Below, piece after piece: positions 38,054 through 51,842 of a stretch of 64,000 nt of DNA. The position numbers and the translations under genes are program-made. The DNA is from Octopus sinensis (Eukaryota), in assembly GCF_006345805.1 (NCBI RefSeq), contig NC_043003.1, positions 4,278,001 through 4,342,000 of the forward strand, given 5' to 3'. Under the pieces are notes generated by a model. The model searched no databases and was not told where the DNA came from. It was given only the letters and a program-made list of their open reading frames with translations. Positions within the stretch are counted from its first letter, which is position 1; each line of letters opens with the position of its first letter.

Positions 38054-38250
38054 AGAAACAGGAAGAAAGAGTGAGAGAAAGTTAGAGCGAAAGAGTACAA
38101 CAGGGGTCGCCACCACCCCCTGCCGGAGCCTCGTGGAGCTTTTAGGTGTTTTTGCTCAATAAACACACACAACGCCCGGTCTGGGAATCGAAACCGCAAT
38201 TCTCCGCCCACGGGTCCGCTGCCCTAACCACTGAGCCATTGCGCCTCCAC
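38054..38250 (-). mobile_element. SINE family C, 5' half
   Basis: Head and body match to 33322-33709. Confidence 0.9.
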
Positions 38251-38326
38251 TGCAGAAGATGTTGGATGCCAAGTTGAAGACCTAAAAACACTAATGGAAG
38301 ACCAGGAGGGATGGAGAGAGGTAGTC

Positions 38327-38885
38327 GGGCTGCAAATTTTTTTCCCACGAGAGTTCCGGACCCCGGGTATAAACTCATATGCATACAGCCAATCAGAGCT
38401 AATTTAATTAAATTAGTTTATCAAACTAATTTATGAGCGCATAACAAGTGATGGGCGATAAGATAAGGTCACTTAGGTAAGGAATGACCATAACTCTTTT
38501 CTCTTTTAAGAATGCTTGCTGTTCTTGTTCCTGTTCCAACCGTAGTTATTTGTGTTGTTAACTTTGTAAAACATTAAGGGAGAGGGTTGCTTGCACATCA
38601 CCCTCTACCCACATTTTTCCCATCCACATCTTTACCATATGAAGCCCTAACAAAATCCGATAAGAGGTATAGATGCAAACCCATCTAATTACTTGTCTCC
38701 TTCTAAAATCAGGCAGAACTTGGGGGCGATCGGTCGACTTATAAGACCGCTCTTCGTCTTAAGTTTACCTGGTAGAGAGTGTTAACTTGACAACAAGCTC
38801 AAGGTTAGCTCTGATTGGCTGTATGCAAATGAGTTCATTACTGGGGTCCGAAACTCCCGTGGTAAAAAAAATTTTGCGGCCCGGG
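38327..38885. mobile_element. MITE with imperfect TIRs of about 75 bp
   Basis: cgggctgcaaa...gcatacagccaatcagagctaa is mirrored by ttagctctgattggctgtatgc...tttgcggcccg. Confidence 0.8.
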
Positions 38886-38924
38886 CAATCAACCTGACTG
38901 GATGATGCCACAATAAAAAAAAAA

Positions 38925-39140
38925 TACCGGTTTCAAATTTTGGTCCAAAGCCAGTAAGTTTGAGGGGTGAGGATGGGGGTAGGGGTGGGGTTAAGCCGAT
39001 TACATCGATCTCAGTGTTCAAATGGTGCTCATTTTATTGACCGCTGAAAGAATGAAGACAAAGTCGACCTCGGTGGAAATTGAACTCAGAGCATGAAGAC
39101 GGATGAAATGCCGCCAAGCATTTTGTCCGGCGCACCAACA
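38925..39140 (-). mobile_element. SINE family B-related
   Basis: Core and caaattttgg tail. Confidence 0.8.
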
Positions 39141-40229
39141 ATTATAGAGATTATATATTTATGAAATTATTAGAAGACTTGTGTGTTCAAGAGTTGCTGC
39201 AATCATAAAATTCCATCCAGCCATCCATAACCTTTTGCTTCAAAACATTGCTGGCCTTGTGTCCACTTCGGAAACTCAGGCCAGATTCGTAGGCACATCG
39301 GACAAAATGCTTAGCGGGATTTGTTTCGTCTTTACGTTCTGAGATCAATCCCCACCAAAATAGAATTTGCCTCCTCCTGTTGGGACCGATAATACAACTA
39401 CCAGTCGTGTACTTGGGCCTATGTAACCGACTAACCCTCTCTGCCAAAATGGCAGGCCTTGTGTCTGTAGTAGAAAAGATTATTATGTTTGTTGCTGTCA
39501 TTATTTATTTGTTTGTTTGTTTGTTTGTTGTTTTCCCCGCACGAGTCTTCCAGTGGCAACCATCTTGCTCTTGCATACATGGATATAATTTTCAGCTGCT
39601 GTTTTCTCTCATTATTGACTTTAAGGGCTTTGGGTTACCCCCCACCCCTCAGTGTATTCCTGCTGCAACCAATTTAGGTATAAGCCTTTTATTCTGGAAC
39701 CTTCAGATGTCAATCGATACGGGCCCAGATGCGTTCAGTAAGCATGGTTTTGTTCGAAATGCCCTTCATAGTTGGGTCCCACTCGCCCTTGCAAATAAAC
39801 AGTCCAGAGTTGAGAAAGTGGGTGAGTGACGTTAGGGAATGTACGCATGCACTTGGGCCAGCATACCTTCTCTCTTCGACGAGCTGCTACAATGAGATTC
39901 ACAATAGATAAACGTGGGACCCTAAAGTACCCTGTTACCACTTGGGAATAGGAGGCATTGTAAAAGTCATGTACCAGTCATGTACCAGTAGAGGGCAACT
40001 TAAGTCTTCATTTCCTCTGCCCCCTACAAAAGTGAGCGCAAGCTGGTGGCAGGAGCTGGCAGCAGGGAAGAGCTGAAGAGAAACAGCATGCACTGATTAC
40101 AGGCATTGTCCCCCCGTCACTCCTGCAAAGGGGCCCTTCATACTCACCCTGCATAAAAGTACAAGCATGCATCAAGTATGTATGTACGTATGGTTCCTCT
40201 TATTATATAATAAGTATGCATGTTTGAAT

Positions 40230-40334
40230 ATACGTATGGATGTATGTATATTATTTATATATTTATATATACATATAAGTATGAATATTCAGAGCATGCG
40301 CAAACACTTTTGCTTCCTCCCTATACACACACAC

Positions 40335-40376
<42 letters not shown>

Positions 40377-40450
40377 CTATATATATATATATATCTATAT
40401 ATATATATATCTATATATATATATATTATATATATATATATGTATGTATG

Positions 40451-40509
<59 letters not shown>

Positions 40510-40652
40510 GAATATTCAGAGCATGCGCAAACACTTTTGCTTCCTCCCTATACACACACACACATACATACATACATACATACAACATACATACATACAT
40601 ACATACATACATACATACTACATACATACATACAACATACATACATACATAC

Positions 40653-40687
<35 letters not shown>

Positions 40688-40767
40688 ATATATATATATA
40701 TATATAATATATATATATGTATGTATGTGTATATATATATATATATATAATATATATATATATATAT

Positions 40768-40803
<36 letters not shown>

Positions 40804-41390
40804 CACGTACACACACAGATATAGGTGGGTGGGTAGTGAGACGGGTAGGTAGCTAGACAGGCTTCAAGCTTAAACGTCTCTGCTGGAAAGAAAGAGAAAA
40901 GATATCAGATATATATATATCTAGGCTGAAGCAAATATTTGACGGTGAATGCCGATCGCCAGGAAATATAGAAAGGATATGGTTATTGGCACGGACATTT
41001 CATAATAGCATGGTTATTGACACGGAACACTCCGTAACACAAAGAATTTGCTTAAATATCATTTGTCATTAAACAAGATATTACTCTGGTTGCAATTTAA
41101 TACGGTATTCTTGTGCGGAACCTTGCGTTCTTCATCGAACGAGATTTTAACAGGATTTTCAGGAAGATGGAAACGGTAATGTGCTTGAGAATGTTGACAG
41201 GTAATAGCTGATATAGAGACATCAAACGGGTGTATCTAGGAAGTTGCCGACTTTCGTAGGAGTAGAATGGTGAGGAAGGCATAAAGAATTTGGTTCAAAC
41301 ACGAACAGAATTACTTTAAGGCTAAAATCAAAGAATAGCTACATAGACGCACAATGTCGCATGTATATACATACAACATACATACATACA

Positions 41391-41485
<95 letters not shown>

Positions 41486-41779
41486 GTATGTATATATATA
41501 CTATATAATATAATCAAAATAAGCAACAAGGATATCCAAGGTAGTGTAGCACATTGTTTCATGCTACTTCCTTTTATGAAACACTAAGTATTACATCAAC
41601 CATACAAATTTCGGGTGCCTTTAATTTAAGTACCATATTAATCTGAATCTAAATTTTGCTGAACTTATATATTATATATATATATAATATATATATATAA
41701 TATTGACCATTTTGGTATCTCTGAGACTGTGAGAGAAAGAAAAAGTTTCTCTCAGATCAAAGATTAACTCTAATATTTA

Positions 41780-41822
<43 letters not shown>

Positions 41823-41849
41823 AGAATATATATATATATATATAATACA

Positions 41850-41880
<31 letters not shown>

Positions 41881-41944
41881 ATATATATGTATGTATTATT
41901 ATATATATATATATATATATGTATGTATATATTATAATATATAT

Positions 41945-41975
<31 letters not shown>

Positions 41976-41983
41976 GATGTATG

Positions 41984-42039
<56 letters not shown>

Positions 42040-42050
42040 GTATATCTATA

Positions 42051-42093
<43 letters not shown>

Positions 42094-42115
42094 CATATAT
42101 ATATATATATATTGT

Positions 42116-42161
<46 letters not shown>

Positions 42162-42220
42162 GTATATACATACATATACACGTAATACATACATACATAA
42201 TACATACATATATATATACT
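40230..42220. repeat. Region dominated by (TA)n/(TACA)n compound microsatellites, including a 227-bp-period duplication (40271/40498)
   Basis: Directly visible; explains the YI-rich ORFs. Confidence 0.93.
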
Positions 42221-42580
42221 ATATAAGTATGCAAAAATATACACGTCTATATACATATGGGTGTTTATTTCTGTATATACGTTTATGTGTACATTTGTCG
42301 GTGTGTGGGTGGCTATCTAAGTTTCCGTGTATGAGTATATAGTAAAGACATGTCTTCTTTTCAGATACGAGTATCAGGTATATAATGAATGTAGTTATCC
42401 CTGTATAAAGTAGCATGTATAAGGCACTTGAACTTTCATTTAAAAGACACAGGCAAACATACGCACACGCATGAATCCATATACAGCATATACACACGCA
42501 TACAGAAACACAGACATCGGACCAGGCAGAAACACTAAACTCCAATAACACTTAAGATAACATGAAAGTCATGAGATTGC

Positions 42581-42590
42581 TATCTATCTG

Positions 42591-42679
<89 letters not shown>
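42581..42679. repeat. (TATC)n tetranucleotide microsatellite
   Basis: Directly visible. Confidence 0.97.
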
Positions 42680-42969
42680 TTGTTTGCCTCTCTCTCTCTC
42701 TCTCTCTCTCTCTATGTATGTATGTATTTGTAGTGTAATATATACATTCATAGAATCATGTGGTTATCACAGGAAGCTTCCCTAACAGATCCCGGCTATC
42801 ATACCGTATTGTAATCCAGTTGGAGAAGTTTAAGGCAGAGTTTTATGCAGCAGAAATCAGATCTGATTCAATAGATTTTTACGTAAGGAGTATATGCTCC
42901 TCATGGTTTATCGGTATGTATGTATGTATGTATGTATGTATGTATGTATGTATGTATGTATGTATTATA

Positions 42970-43002
<33 letters not shown>

Positions 43003-43039
43003 ATGCATAGAGAGAGCGAGGGAGAGAGAGTATGCATTC

Positions 43040-43737
43040 GTTGGTCTCGAGAGGCTGTGGACCTGTGCCCAAAGAAATCGTGTCAGCTGCTGATGGTGGT
43101 GCAGCCACGGGAGTGCAGTCACGTATACAGCAACTGCATTTGAGCACGTCGAGTGCGTCTTTCGTTGATGGCCAGCACCTATTTTTCTTCCGCTCTCTTT
43201 ATTTCCTTTCGCAGTATTTGCCTCCAGCCTGGGCGATCATTTGCAACCTCTTCCCATCTCAGGACGTCCAGATCAAGCGATTTAATATCTCTGTTACAGA
43301 CATCTTTGAAACGAGGATGAGGGCGTCCTCGTGCTATTGTGCCGGTAGCCAATTCCCCATTCAGGAGGTCTTTTGAGATCCTTCCCTCTGGCATGCGATG
43401 AACATGACCGAGTCAGAGCAAACGACGCTGCTGGAGCAACCTATTTACGCTGGGTCTCTTGGCTCGGTCGAGAACTTCGGTGTTGATGTTGATGATTTGG
43501 TCAGTCCACTTGATGTCCAAGATGCGTCTTAAATTGCGTCTTAAATTGCATCTTAAATTGCGAAGGTGAAAGACGTTGAGACGTCGCTCCTGTCTAGAGT
43601 CGAGTCTCCATCTCTCGCTGCCATAAAGTAGCGTACTAGGGACAACAATTTTGGTGCTTGCAGCCAGTTTTTTGTTTTCCAGACTCTCTTTGTGAGCCTG
43701 GCAAATGTGGAGGATGCTTGACCGATTCGCCTGTTGG
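43040..43737 (-). mobile_element. RTE-clade (BovB-like) LINE 3' fragment
   Basis: RRIGQASSTFARLTKRVW, STLLYGSERW, RRLNVFHLR, GHVHRMPEGR..DLLNGELATG..RGRPHPRFKDVC, terminal CxxCxRDC; frameshifted. Confidence 0.92.
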
Positions 43738-43760
43738 TCATACATACTACATACATACAT

Positions 43761-43791
<31 letters not shown>

Positions 43792-44904
43792 TACATATTT
43801 TGCCTGAGACGATCTATCAACATTTGATTGAGAAGAAACTTTCCGACAAAACTAACCAAATAATGACATTTCCTCGGACTCTTTGGTTTCTTCAATTAGA
43901 TTTTGGCTTCATATAATATTGGCTGTTGTAACTCGGAGTTGTTATACAGAATCAATGCATACGTCCATCACACACACACACACACGCGCGTATTCGCACA
44001 CTGTGTATGTAATTTTGTGTGTGTATATACATATATACAAACACAAACATATATGTATGTTGTATGTATGTAGTATGTATGCAGTAATGTATGTATGTAT
44101 GAATGTATGTATGTATGTATGTATGTATGTATGTATGTAGTATGTATGTATATATATATATATATATTATATATATTATTATATATATATATACACACAC
44201 GAAGGTACATTTTCTCAGATCTGCGTATTTGTTACAAGCTAAATAATCAGGCGGGAGGAAACGGAGTTGATTTCGGAAGTGGGGGCCATGTTGTATGTCT
44301 TGTTTCTTCAACAGAACATACTCAAACAGGAAGTGAATATAAATGAACAATTTGTTTTTATTATTTATTTAATGGGGATATTTATATTAATTTTTTTTTT
44401 GAGACTGTGTTCTTCTTTTTCCCCTATATACAATATAACCTATATGTAGCACACACACACACACACGCACGTACGCACACACACATACACACACACGAAC
44501 AAACAAATACTTTTGTATATATGCAGTGCATCTCTCTCTCCCCCCTCTCTCACTATGTGTATATATATATGTATATATGCACATCCATCCATCACACACA
44601 CGCACACACACATATATATATGTATTTATGTATGTATGTATGCATGCATAAATATATATTTATACAGTATGAACAGAGAAATGAAAACATGTTTTGTGTA
44701 CTTTGCGCTATGGGACATACATGTGTTTCGGCAAATCGCTGCTAGATTTACGTGATTCCTGTTGAGGCACTTTTTAATCTTGTATATTTACCTATTCAGC
44801 GTTCTGTATATGAACTTTGGTGGCATAAAGTTAATCTTTATGTTCAACTTTACAAGCATGCCCTGTTAGAACACCGAATCCTGCCTTATTAGACTAGGGA
44901 GATC

Positions 44905-45145
44905 CTCTCATATAGGCACCTTGTGCATAAAGGCACACACGTTAATGTCGCACGACCTCGTGAGTACCACTGGCGATTTTTTCCCTCTGTCTTCCCTTCT
45001 CCTATGTTTCCGACGAAGCGCTCCGCTCGAAACGTTAAACCCTCCTTCTTCCCTTCTTTCCTGAGCGTCCAAAAATACTTTATTGTTCCACGTCCTCGCG
45101 TTGTTGTGTTTTTTTTGTGTTTTCTTGTTTGGATTACTATATATA
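44905..45145 (+). mobile_element. Short hammerhead-bearing interspersed element (architecture shared with about 18870-19080)
   Basis: Pyrimidine tract, hammerhead, cc(c/t)gagcgtcc, T-rich 3' part, ending in (a)actatatata. Confidence 0.65.
45006..45040 (+). ncRNA. Minimal hammerhead ribozyme-like motif
   Basis: GUUU-CCGACGA-A-GCGC-ucc-GCUC-GAAA-CG-UU-AAAC. Helix I is 4 bp perfect and helix III is the ACGU palindrome. Confidence 0.65.
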
Positions 45146-45177
<32 letters not shown>

Positions 45178-45401
45178 GGCCTGCTCGCTTAGCCAGCGGG
45201 ATGGCGTCGTTCGAAGGCTAAAACAATGCGAACGCATTGTGACTAGCGATGTGTAGCAACATCTGATGGTCTGGTCGGTCACGTGATCACGTGATATATA
45301 TATATATATACAAATGTATTATATGTATGTACGTATATATGTATATAATATATATATATATAATATATATAGTATATATATATATATATATATATTCATG
45401 G

Positions 45402-45753
45402 CATTCCGTCGATTACGACGATACGGGTTCCAGTTGATTAACGGAACAGTGTGCTCATGAAATTATCGTGTAAGTGGCTGAGCACTTCACAGATACGTGT
45501 GTCCTTAGTGTGGTTCTCAGGGAGATTCCGTATGACACAGAGTGACAAGGGTAGCCATTTGAAATACAGGTAAAATAGAAACAGGAAGAAGGAGTGAGAG
45601 AAAGTTGTGGCGAAAGAGTACAGCAGGGTTCACCACCACCCCCTTCCGGAACCCATTGGAGCTTTAGGTGTTTTCGCTCAATAAACACTCACAACGCCAT
45701 GTTTAGGAATCGAAACCGCAATCCCACGACTGCGAGTCCGCAGACCTAACCAC
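45402..45753 (-). mobile_element. SINE family C, diverged
   Basis: Colinear with 33322-33709. Confidence 0.9.
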
Positions 45754-46130
45754 TTCCAAACTCACACACACACATGTGTGAGAGAAAAGAAAAGGGTGCG
45801 AGGGTATGTAAGAATTTGACTGCGAATATCGCGGCATTGTCTGCTTTTAACGGAAAATAACAAAATAATTATAACCGAGGGTTTTAGGAAGGAGACCTGA
45901 ATGTAGGTCGCGGGGGGGGGTGTAGGGAAATTAGCTGCATGTGTTTAGAGGGTCGCTCATTTGCAATGCTGACTTGATGCAAAGGAGAGAGAGAGAGAGA
46001 GTTATCACTAAGGACTATACAATATAGGGAGCAGCAAGGTGTGACAGAAGTGATAGGGTTGTAGTTGTGTCCTTGGCCACGTTTTTGATACAGATTTTAA
46101 TCTGCGACAGCTTTAAACGGGACCGTGAAG

Positions 46131-46201
46131 GTGCATGGCCTAATGGTTAGGATATTGTACTCGCGATCGCATGATCATGGTTTCGATTCCCAGAAAGAGA
46201 G

Positions 46202-46247
<46 letters not shown>

Positions 46248-46320
46248 GAGCGAGCGGTGTATTGTGTTCTTGAGCAAAATACTCCATTTCACGTTACTTT
46301 TGTTTTGTTCACTCAGATGT
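46131..46320 (+). mobile_element. SINE family C2-like head interrupted by (GA)n
   Basis: gcatggcctaatggttagg...ggtttcgattccc (GA)n ...gtgttcttgagcaaaatactccatttcacgtt. Confidence 0.7.
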
Positions 46321-47059
46321 TAAGTGACGAATCTGCGACGGGTCGGTGTCCCTTTCATGGTGGATGTTGGGGTCCTAGTCGTTTATATGCTCTGGAGACC
46401 GGGAAACTGGCTCTGTAACTCTAGTACTCGGAAATAGTAAAATTTCCATGTGTCTAATGACTGGGTGTTAGCTGCACCATTTTAGCAGTTTAGTTCGGCC
46501 CATTGTAAAGGTCGTGGGCTCTGTTCCTCCTTCAGTGAAAATCAAAACAAAACAAAACAAACAAACGAATATCAGAGACAAAAACATGGCGAGAATCGTC
46601 ATAAGAAGGGTGTTGAATGAAAGGTTCTTGGCGGTTTTATTTGTTGGGTTTGGCATCCTTCGTTTCTGGGTCCACATCTCTACCTGACATTTTTTATATT
46701 TCAGCAGGTTTATTTAAACATATTGCCTTGCGCTGCTAAATATAAACTGAATGGATAAATTTTAAGGCGATCCAGCCGTGACCATCCTATAGTGTAAGGA
46801 GTATTTATAACACAACATAGGACTGTATGAAATAACCCAAAACGTTAGACAAAGTGGAAGTTGAGCGGTATTTGGCTGCTATTTTCTTTTTTTTTTCTCT
46901 AGGCACAAGGCCCGAAATTTTGGGGGAGAGGTAAACTCGATTAGATCCGGTAAGCCACTCCTGCGTCTGCTTAGATGCATACATATATATACAATACATT
47001 ATATAACTCCACACACACACACACACACACGCGCGCGCACACACTCATAGATGCATAGA

Positions 47060-47590
47060 TCCATAGCCACTTCACAGTATCACATTATCGACCAGACCAT
47101 AAGATGCTTCCAATTCTGACTTGATTGCGCCATTCTTTTCCATCTTGACCCAAACTGCTTGACCAAATCGTCTTCGCATCGTCGTGGAACCCTTCCAAGT
47201 GGCCTTTCCCCATCTCTTGGATACCTCTCTGCAACTGCAGGGCTTCACCTGATGTCTGTGAACCTTGCGACATTTTGCAGCCCAGTGGCACTTGTGGTTT
47301 TGGCCCTCTGTGCTCGTAGGGCACCTGATCATTTCATTTGAATATGCTCCCTTAAAAATATTCCTTACATGGATATCTCCATGGCCCTTTGCGTCGTATC
47401 CAATCGATGTTATATCCTCTTCGTAGTATCTCAGGGCTCGCATGCATTTAAGAGCGCAGGTAGGACGGTGCTATCGAAGATTCTAGCGCGTATGGTATTG
47501 CCTACATGTGTTTGAAGCATATCTTATATTGAGTTAAATGCCTTCCATCCCGCCTTGGTTCTCTTTAAGATTTCGGCATCTATTGCCACA
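47060..47590 (-). mobile_element. RTE-1-type LINE 3' fragment
   Basis: Minus strand reads EILKRTKAGWKAFNSI*D..RARIFDSTVLPALL..E..TQRAME..HWAA..RFTD..YPRDGERPLGR, with several stops and frameshifts. Confidence 0.82.
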
Positions 47591-48066
47591 TACGTAGGCG
47601 TAAATACATAACATCCATATTTGCCACATGCATACATAAATATATACAAAGATACCTATTCGCATGCACACGTAACTAAACGCTTAGTGGCACTAGTCGT
47701 TAGCTGTTACGTAAGCACATGGAGAAACAGATCCATTATATTTGTAAAGACATAGAAACATCTGGAAGATACAAAAGTAGATAAATAGAGACTTATGCAA
47801 GCATATCCATAAACATATGCGTACGCATAGCTACATGCCTAAACATGAAATGCGTACATTGATGGGTAGAGATAGAGATACATATATATGCATACATACA
47901 TAGAACATTATATCTTTAGATACATATATACATCTGTAGACATACAGACATAGAGATATATTTATAGAGAACATAGGTATATCCAAGAGGCATACAGAGA
48001 CACAGTACGTACTTCCTTACTTCCTTAAAAATACAAAATATCCATATATATATAATATATATATAT

Positions 48067-48112
<46 letters not shown>

Positions 48113-48123
48113 CATCCTCTCTC

Positions 48124-48172
<49 letters not shown>

Positions 48173-49269
48173 TATTAATAAAAATATTAGGGAATAAATC
48201 CAAACTTACAGGGAAAAATCAGATTTAGGATTAAATCCAATTTTATAGTATAAAATTATTATATTATATTATATTAAATAAGAGATAAAACCACTATTAG
48301 GCAAATCAAACAATGAAAAACATAAGCCAATACATAAAACTAATTTAATTTATATTATTTTAAATATATATCAAAGTATTAAAAGTTTAATAAAACACTA
48401 CGATCGTTTCATGGCTGTACAATTCGAATAACAATAATATATATATATAAGAAAGTATACTAGTTCAATGAGAATAGACATTAAATATTTAATCTACAAT
48501 ATTTCATTTGTTCACTTAAGACAATCAATACTTCATTTCATTTCTTTCTTACTGTATATTCTATATTCTATATCCTATATCAATATTATAAGAATATAAA
48601 TAAAACTTAAAAAACAGACAGAGTTGGAATTCTTTTGAGTAATATATATATATATATAAGATCCAAGGATCGAAGTGTAGGAAGAAGGTTAGCTTCAAGC
48701 AAATCGTAGAAAATATAAAAAACAACTTTTGGGACCAATAGTAGTTTATTTGAAGCAGAAGGTTGTAGATTTTTGCCGTATCGAAGTATGACAGACTGAA
48801 AAAATGTTTTCGATTTCACGGTAGGCAGACAGCGTTGCCAGGTTTGCGAATAAAACACAAGAGCGAAGGAGTGGAATGGATAAGATCCGGGCTGGATATG
48901 TGTCATAGCGAATGGAACCTCGGAAGTGGTAAGTATCCACTTTGCAATACACTGCACTGTCCCCTCTTTGTTTACTCCCTTTGTGGATTATAAAGAACGT
49001 ACGAGGTTTATACCGCAGGCTACTCTTCAGGTCAAGGGTATCTTGATTGAATGAAGTTTATATTCTCCATCCTCACCGTGGCCTCTACACATTCTGATCG
49101 AATCGTTCGTGTATTGACATGTATCTCCTTACTACAAGGTAAACTTTATTTAATCAAGATACCCTTGGCTTAAAGAGTAGCCTGCAGTATACACCTCGCT
49201 TGGATATTTAGCACTCCAGAGGTTCCGCTCGCTAGGAATATATGTAGGCCGGATGTTATCTGCTCCATT

Positions 49270-49277
49270 CCTTAACT

Positions 49278-49311
<34 letters not shown>

Positions 49312-49377
49312 GCACATGCATGCATCCATACATAAATGCATACATATATATACACATCCTTGAATACATACATACCG

Positions 49378-49423
<46 letters not shown>

Positions 49424-49512
49424 TATAATATATATATATATATTATATATATATATATATCTATATATATATATGTATATATATATATAATATATATATA
49501 TACATATACATG

Positions 49513-49573
<61 letters not shown>

Positions 49574-49666
49574 TATATATATATATTACATATACATGTA
49601 TATATATATATATACATTACATATATATAATATGCATATATATATATATATATATGTATATATATG

Positions 49667-49698
<32 letters not shown>

Positions 49699-49714
49699 AC
49701 ACACACACACACAC

Positions 49715-49746
<32 letters not shown>

Positions 49747-49760
49747 CACCCACATACATA
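49270..49760. repeat. (TA)n/(CA)n compound microsatellite
   Basis: Directly visible. Confidence 0.95.
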
Positions 49761-50961
49761 CACACATACAAGCATGCCTGCTCAGATGCACACATACGTT
49801 ACGGATATGTTACAGACACGTAGCTTCATGCTTATACATAAATACGCAATATCCATCGAATACCATTTCCAAACTGAAACCTTCTAGGAATTCTATGAGG
49901 AAAGATTACTTCACAGAAACTAAACAAGGTGTGGTACAGTTTTCTTTCAGAATTATGAGCTTTGACTTCTTTCTGAAATGACCCAAGAAGATAACGAAAA
50001 TAAGATTGACAAGCGCCGGAAATATTTTGGCTTCCGTTCTGAAAATAGGTATTATGTTACCATTCCATAACTCTTGTAGGTGATATGACTATTCCAGGTC
50101 TTTGTGGAAAAGAGAGAGAAGCGTGGTGGTGAGAGAGAGCTGTGTTACTTTTATAGTTTTATTCTATGTCTGTCTTGCTTCCTATATCCTGTCCTAAATT
50201 TATCTGATTTAACTTATCTCTTTCGTCTTCATTTTCGCAAGCTTCTCCTTGATTGGAAATGACTTGTAAGCCATGTTCCCGTGCGAAATCTCCTATAATT
50301 CTCTCTTCCGACGTCAATCGCTGAAGAAGACAAGCTATTAAAACGAATATATATTTAGTCGCTATTATGTCTACTAAACTCTCTTAAGTGCTTATTGATA
50401 GAAGCCACAGCCCAGCAAGTCAACATGTGTGCCCTTACAGTTTTAATAGATGTTACCGTGTCATTGTTTTAGCAATACACAAGTGTATTGAAATATAGGG
50501 CAGCGATTCACAGAGAGCTTGTGAAAGTTGCGTCACTGTCTTTTCATGATAGGCCACAAACACACACGACATGCTTGTCCACGTGACACATTTATTTCTT
50601 ATCACTCGCCATCTTTTGTGTTGTTTGTTTGGTCTCTCAAAGTGATTTGTTTGTTAAAATCTAAAGGAGCCATACTATTTCTAGTGTGGGATAAACATGA
50701 AATAACGAGAAATTTGCGACTTGCTACAGAACCAAGCCCCATTTAGTTTCTGCGCATGCGCACATCAAGGAAGTTGAACGCTTGGATTGTGTGTTTTTTT
50801 CAATTGAATAGTCTACAATATATATATGCATATATTTGTGCGTGTGTGTATGTACGTGTGTGCATGCGTACATGATGCTATGTGTGTACACATGCACACA
50901 CATATACATGCATACACACATATGCGTAGGTATATGTTTGTGTATAAGTATGTATGTATGT

Positions 50962-51290
50962 GTGTAGAAGACATAGAAACCCTTGCTTCGGATCGAGTTG
51001 GATGGCGAACTACTGCACACTTTTGTGTGGAGTGGAGTGAAAGCATTTGAAGGGGCCAGGATAATGCATGTAAGACTTAAAACAGATCTAAGGAAGAATG
51101 TAGCGATCAAGAAGGTGAACGACAATGACTTTTTTTGTGTGCACAGTTTGTGACAGACACTGCCTGTCTTTTGCTGGGTTCAAATCTCACCTGCGAACCC
51201 ATGGAAAACGAACCTTCACCAACTATTCTACCTATATGTTTGTGCACACCTTTCAAACTGCATAAGGAGTAGACAACCACCATATGCGTA
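50962..51290 (+). mobile_element. RTE LINE extreme 3' fragment with C2H2 finger
   Basis: DIETLASDRVGWR..GVKAFE..FVCTVCDRHCLSFAGFKSHLRTHG. Confidence 0.82.
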
Positions 51291-51570
51291 TGTATGTATG
51301 TATGTATGTATGTATGTATGTATGTATGTATGTATGTATGTATGTATGTATGTATGTGTGTGTATGTATGTATGTATGTATGTATGTGTGTATGTATGTG
51401 TGTATGTAAGTATGAATGTATGTGTGTATGTATGTATCTATCTATCAATATACTCTTTCTCTCTCTATATATATATATGTACTATGTGTGTGTGTGTATG
51501 TGTATATGTGTATGCATAGAGTGCACAAACAAATATCTGCAAACTTGTATATATGGAGTAGGAAAGAAAG

Positions 51571-51601
<31 letters not shown>

Positions 51602-51679
51602 ATATAATATATTATATTTATATATATATACCAATATATACATATATATATTAATATACAAATATTCTATAATTATAAA

Positions 51680-51793
51680 CATAATTATAATTAGGGGTCA
51701 GCTAACTGCTTCACCACATACCGAATTTAGAAATAGGAGTTAAAAATTCCTTTTCCACTACCGTAAGAATCTCCCAGACAGTAACACACTCTC

Positions 51794-51842
<49 letters not shown>

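Noticed and set aside
39700-40155. Possible L1/Tx1 3' fragment or AG-G-GTGAGT recursive splice site
   Set aside because: Translations are not diagnostic, and acceptor and donor are not directly juxtaposed.
48990-49200. Hammerhead in the small inverted repeat (CUGAAGA-GUAGCC on minus strand)
   Set aside because: GAAA and helix III cannot be reconstructed; too degenerate to call.
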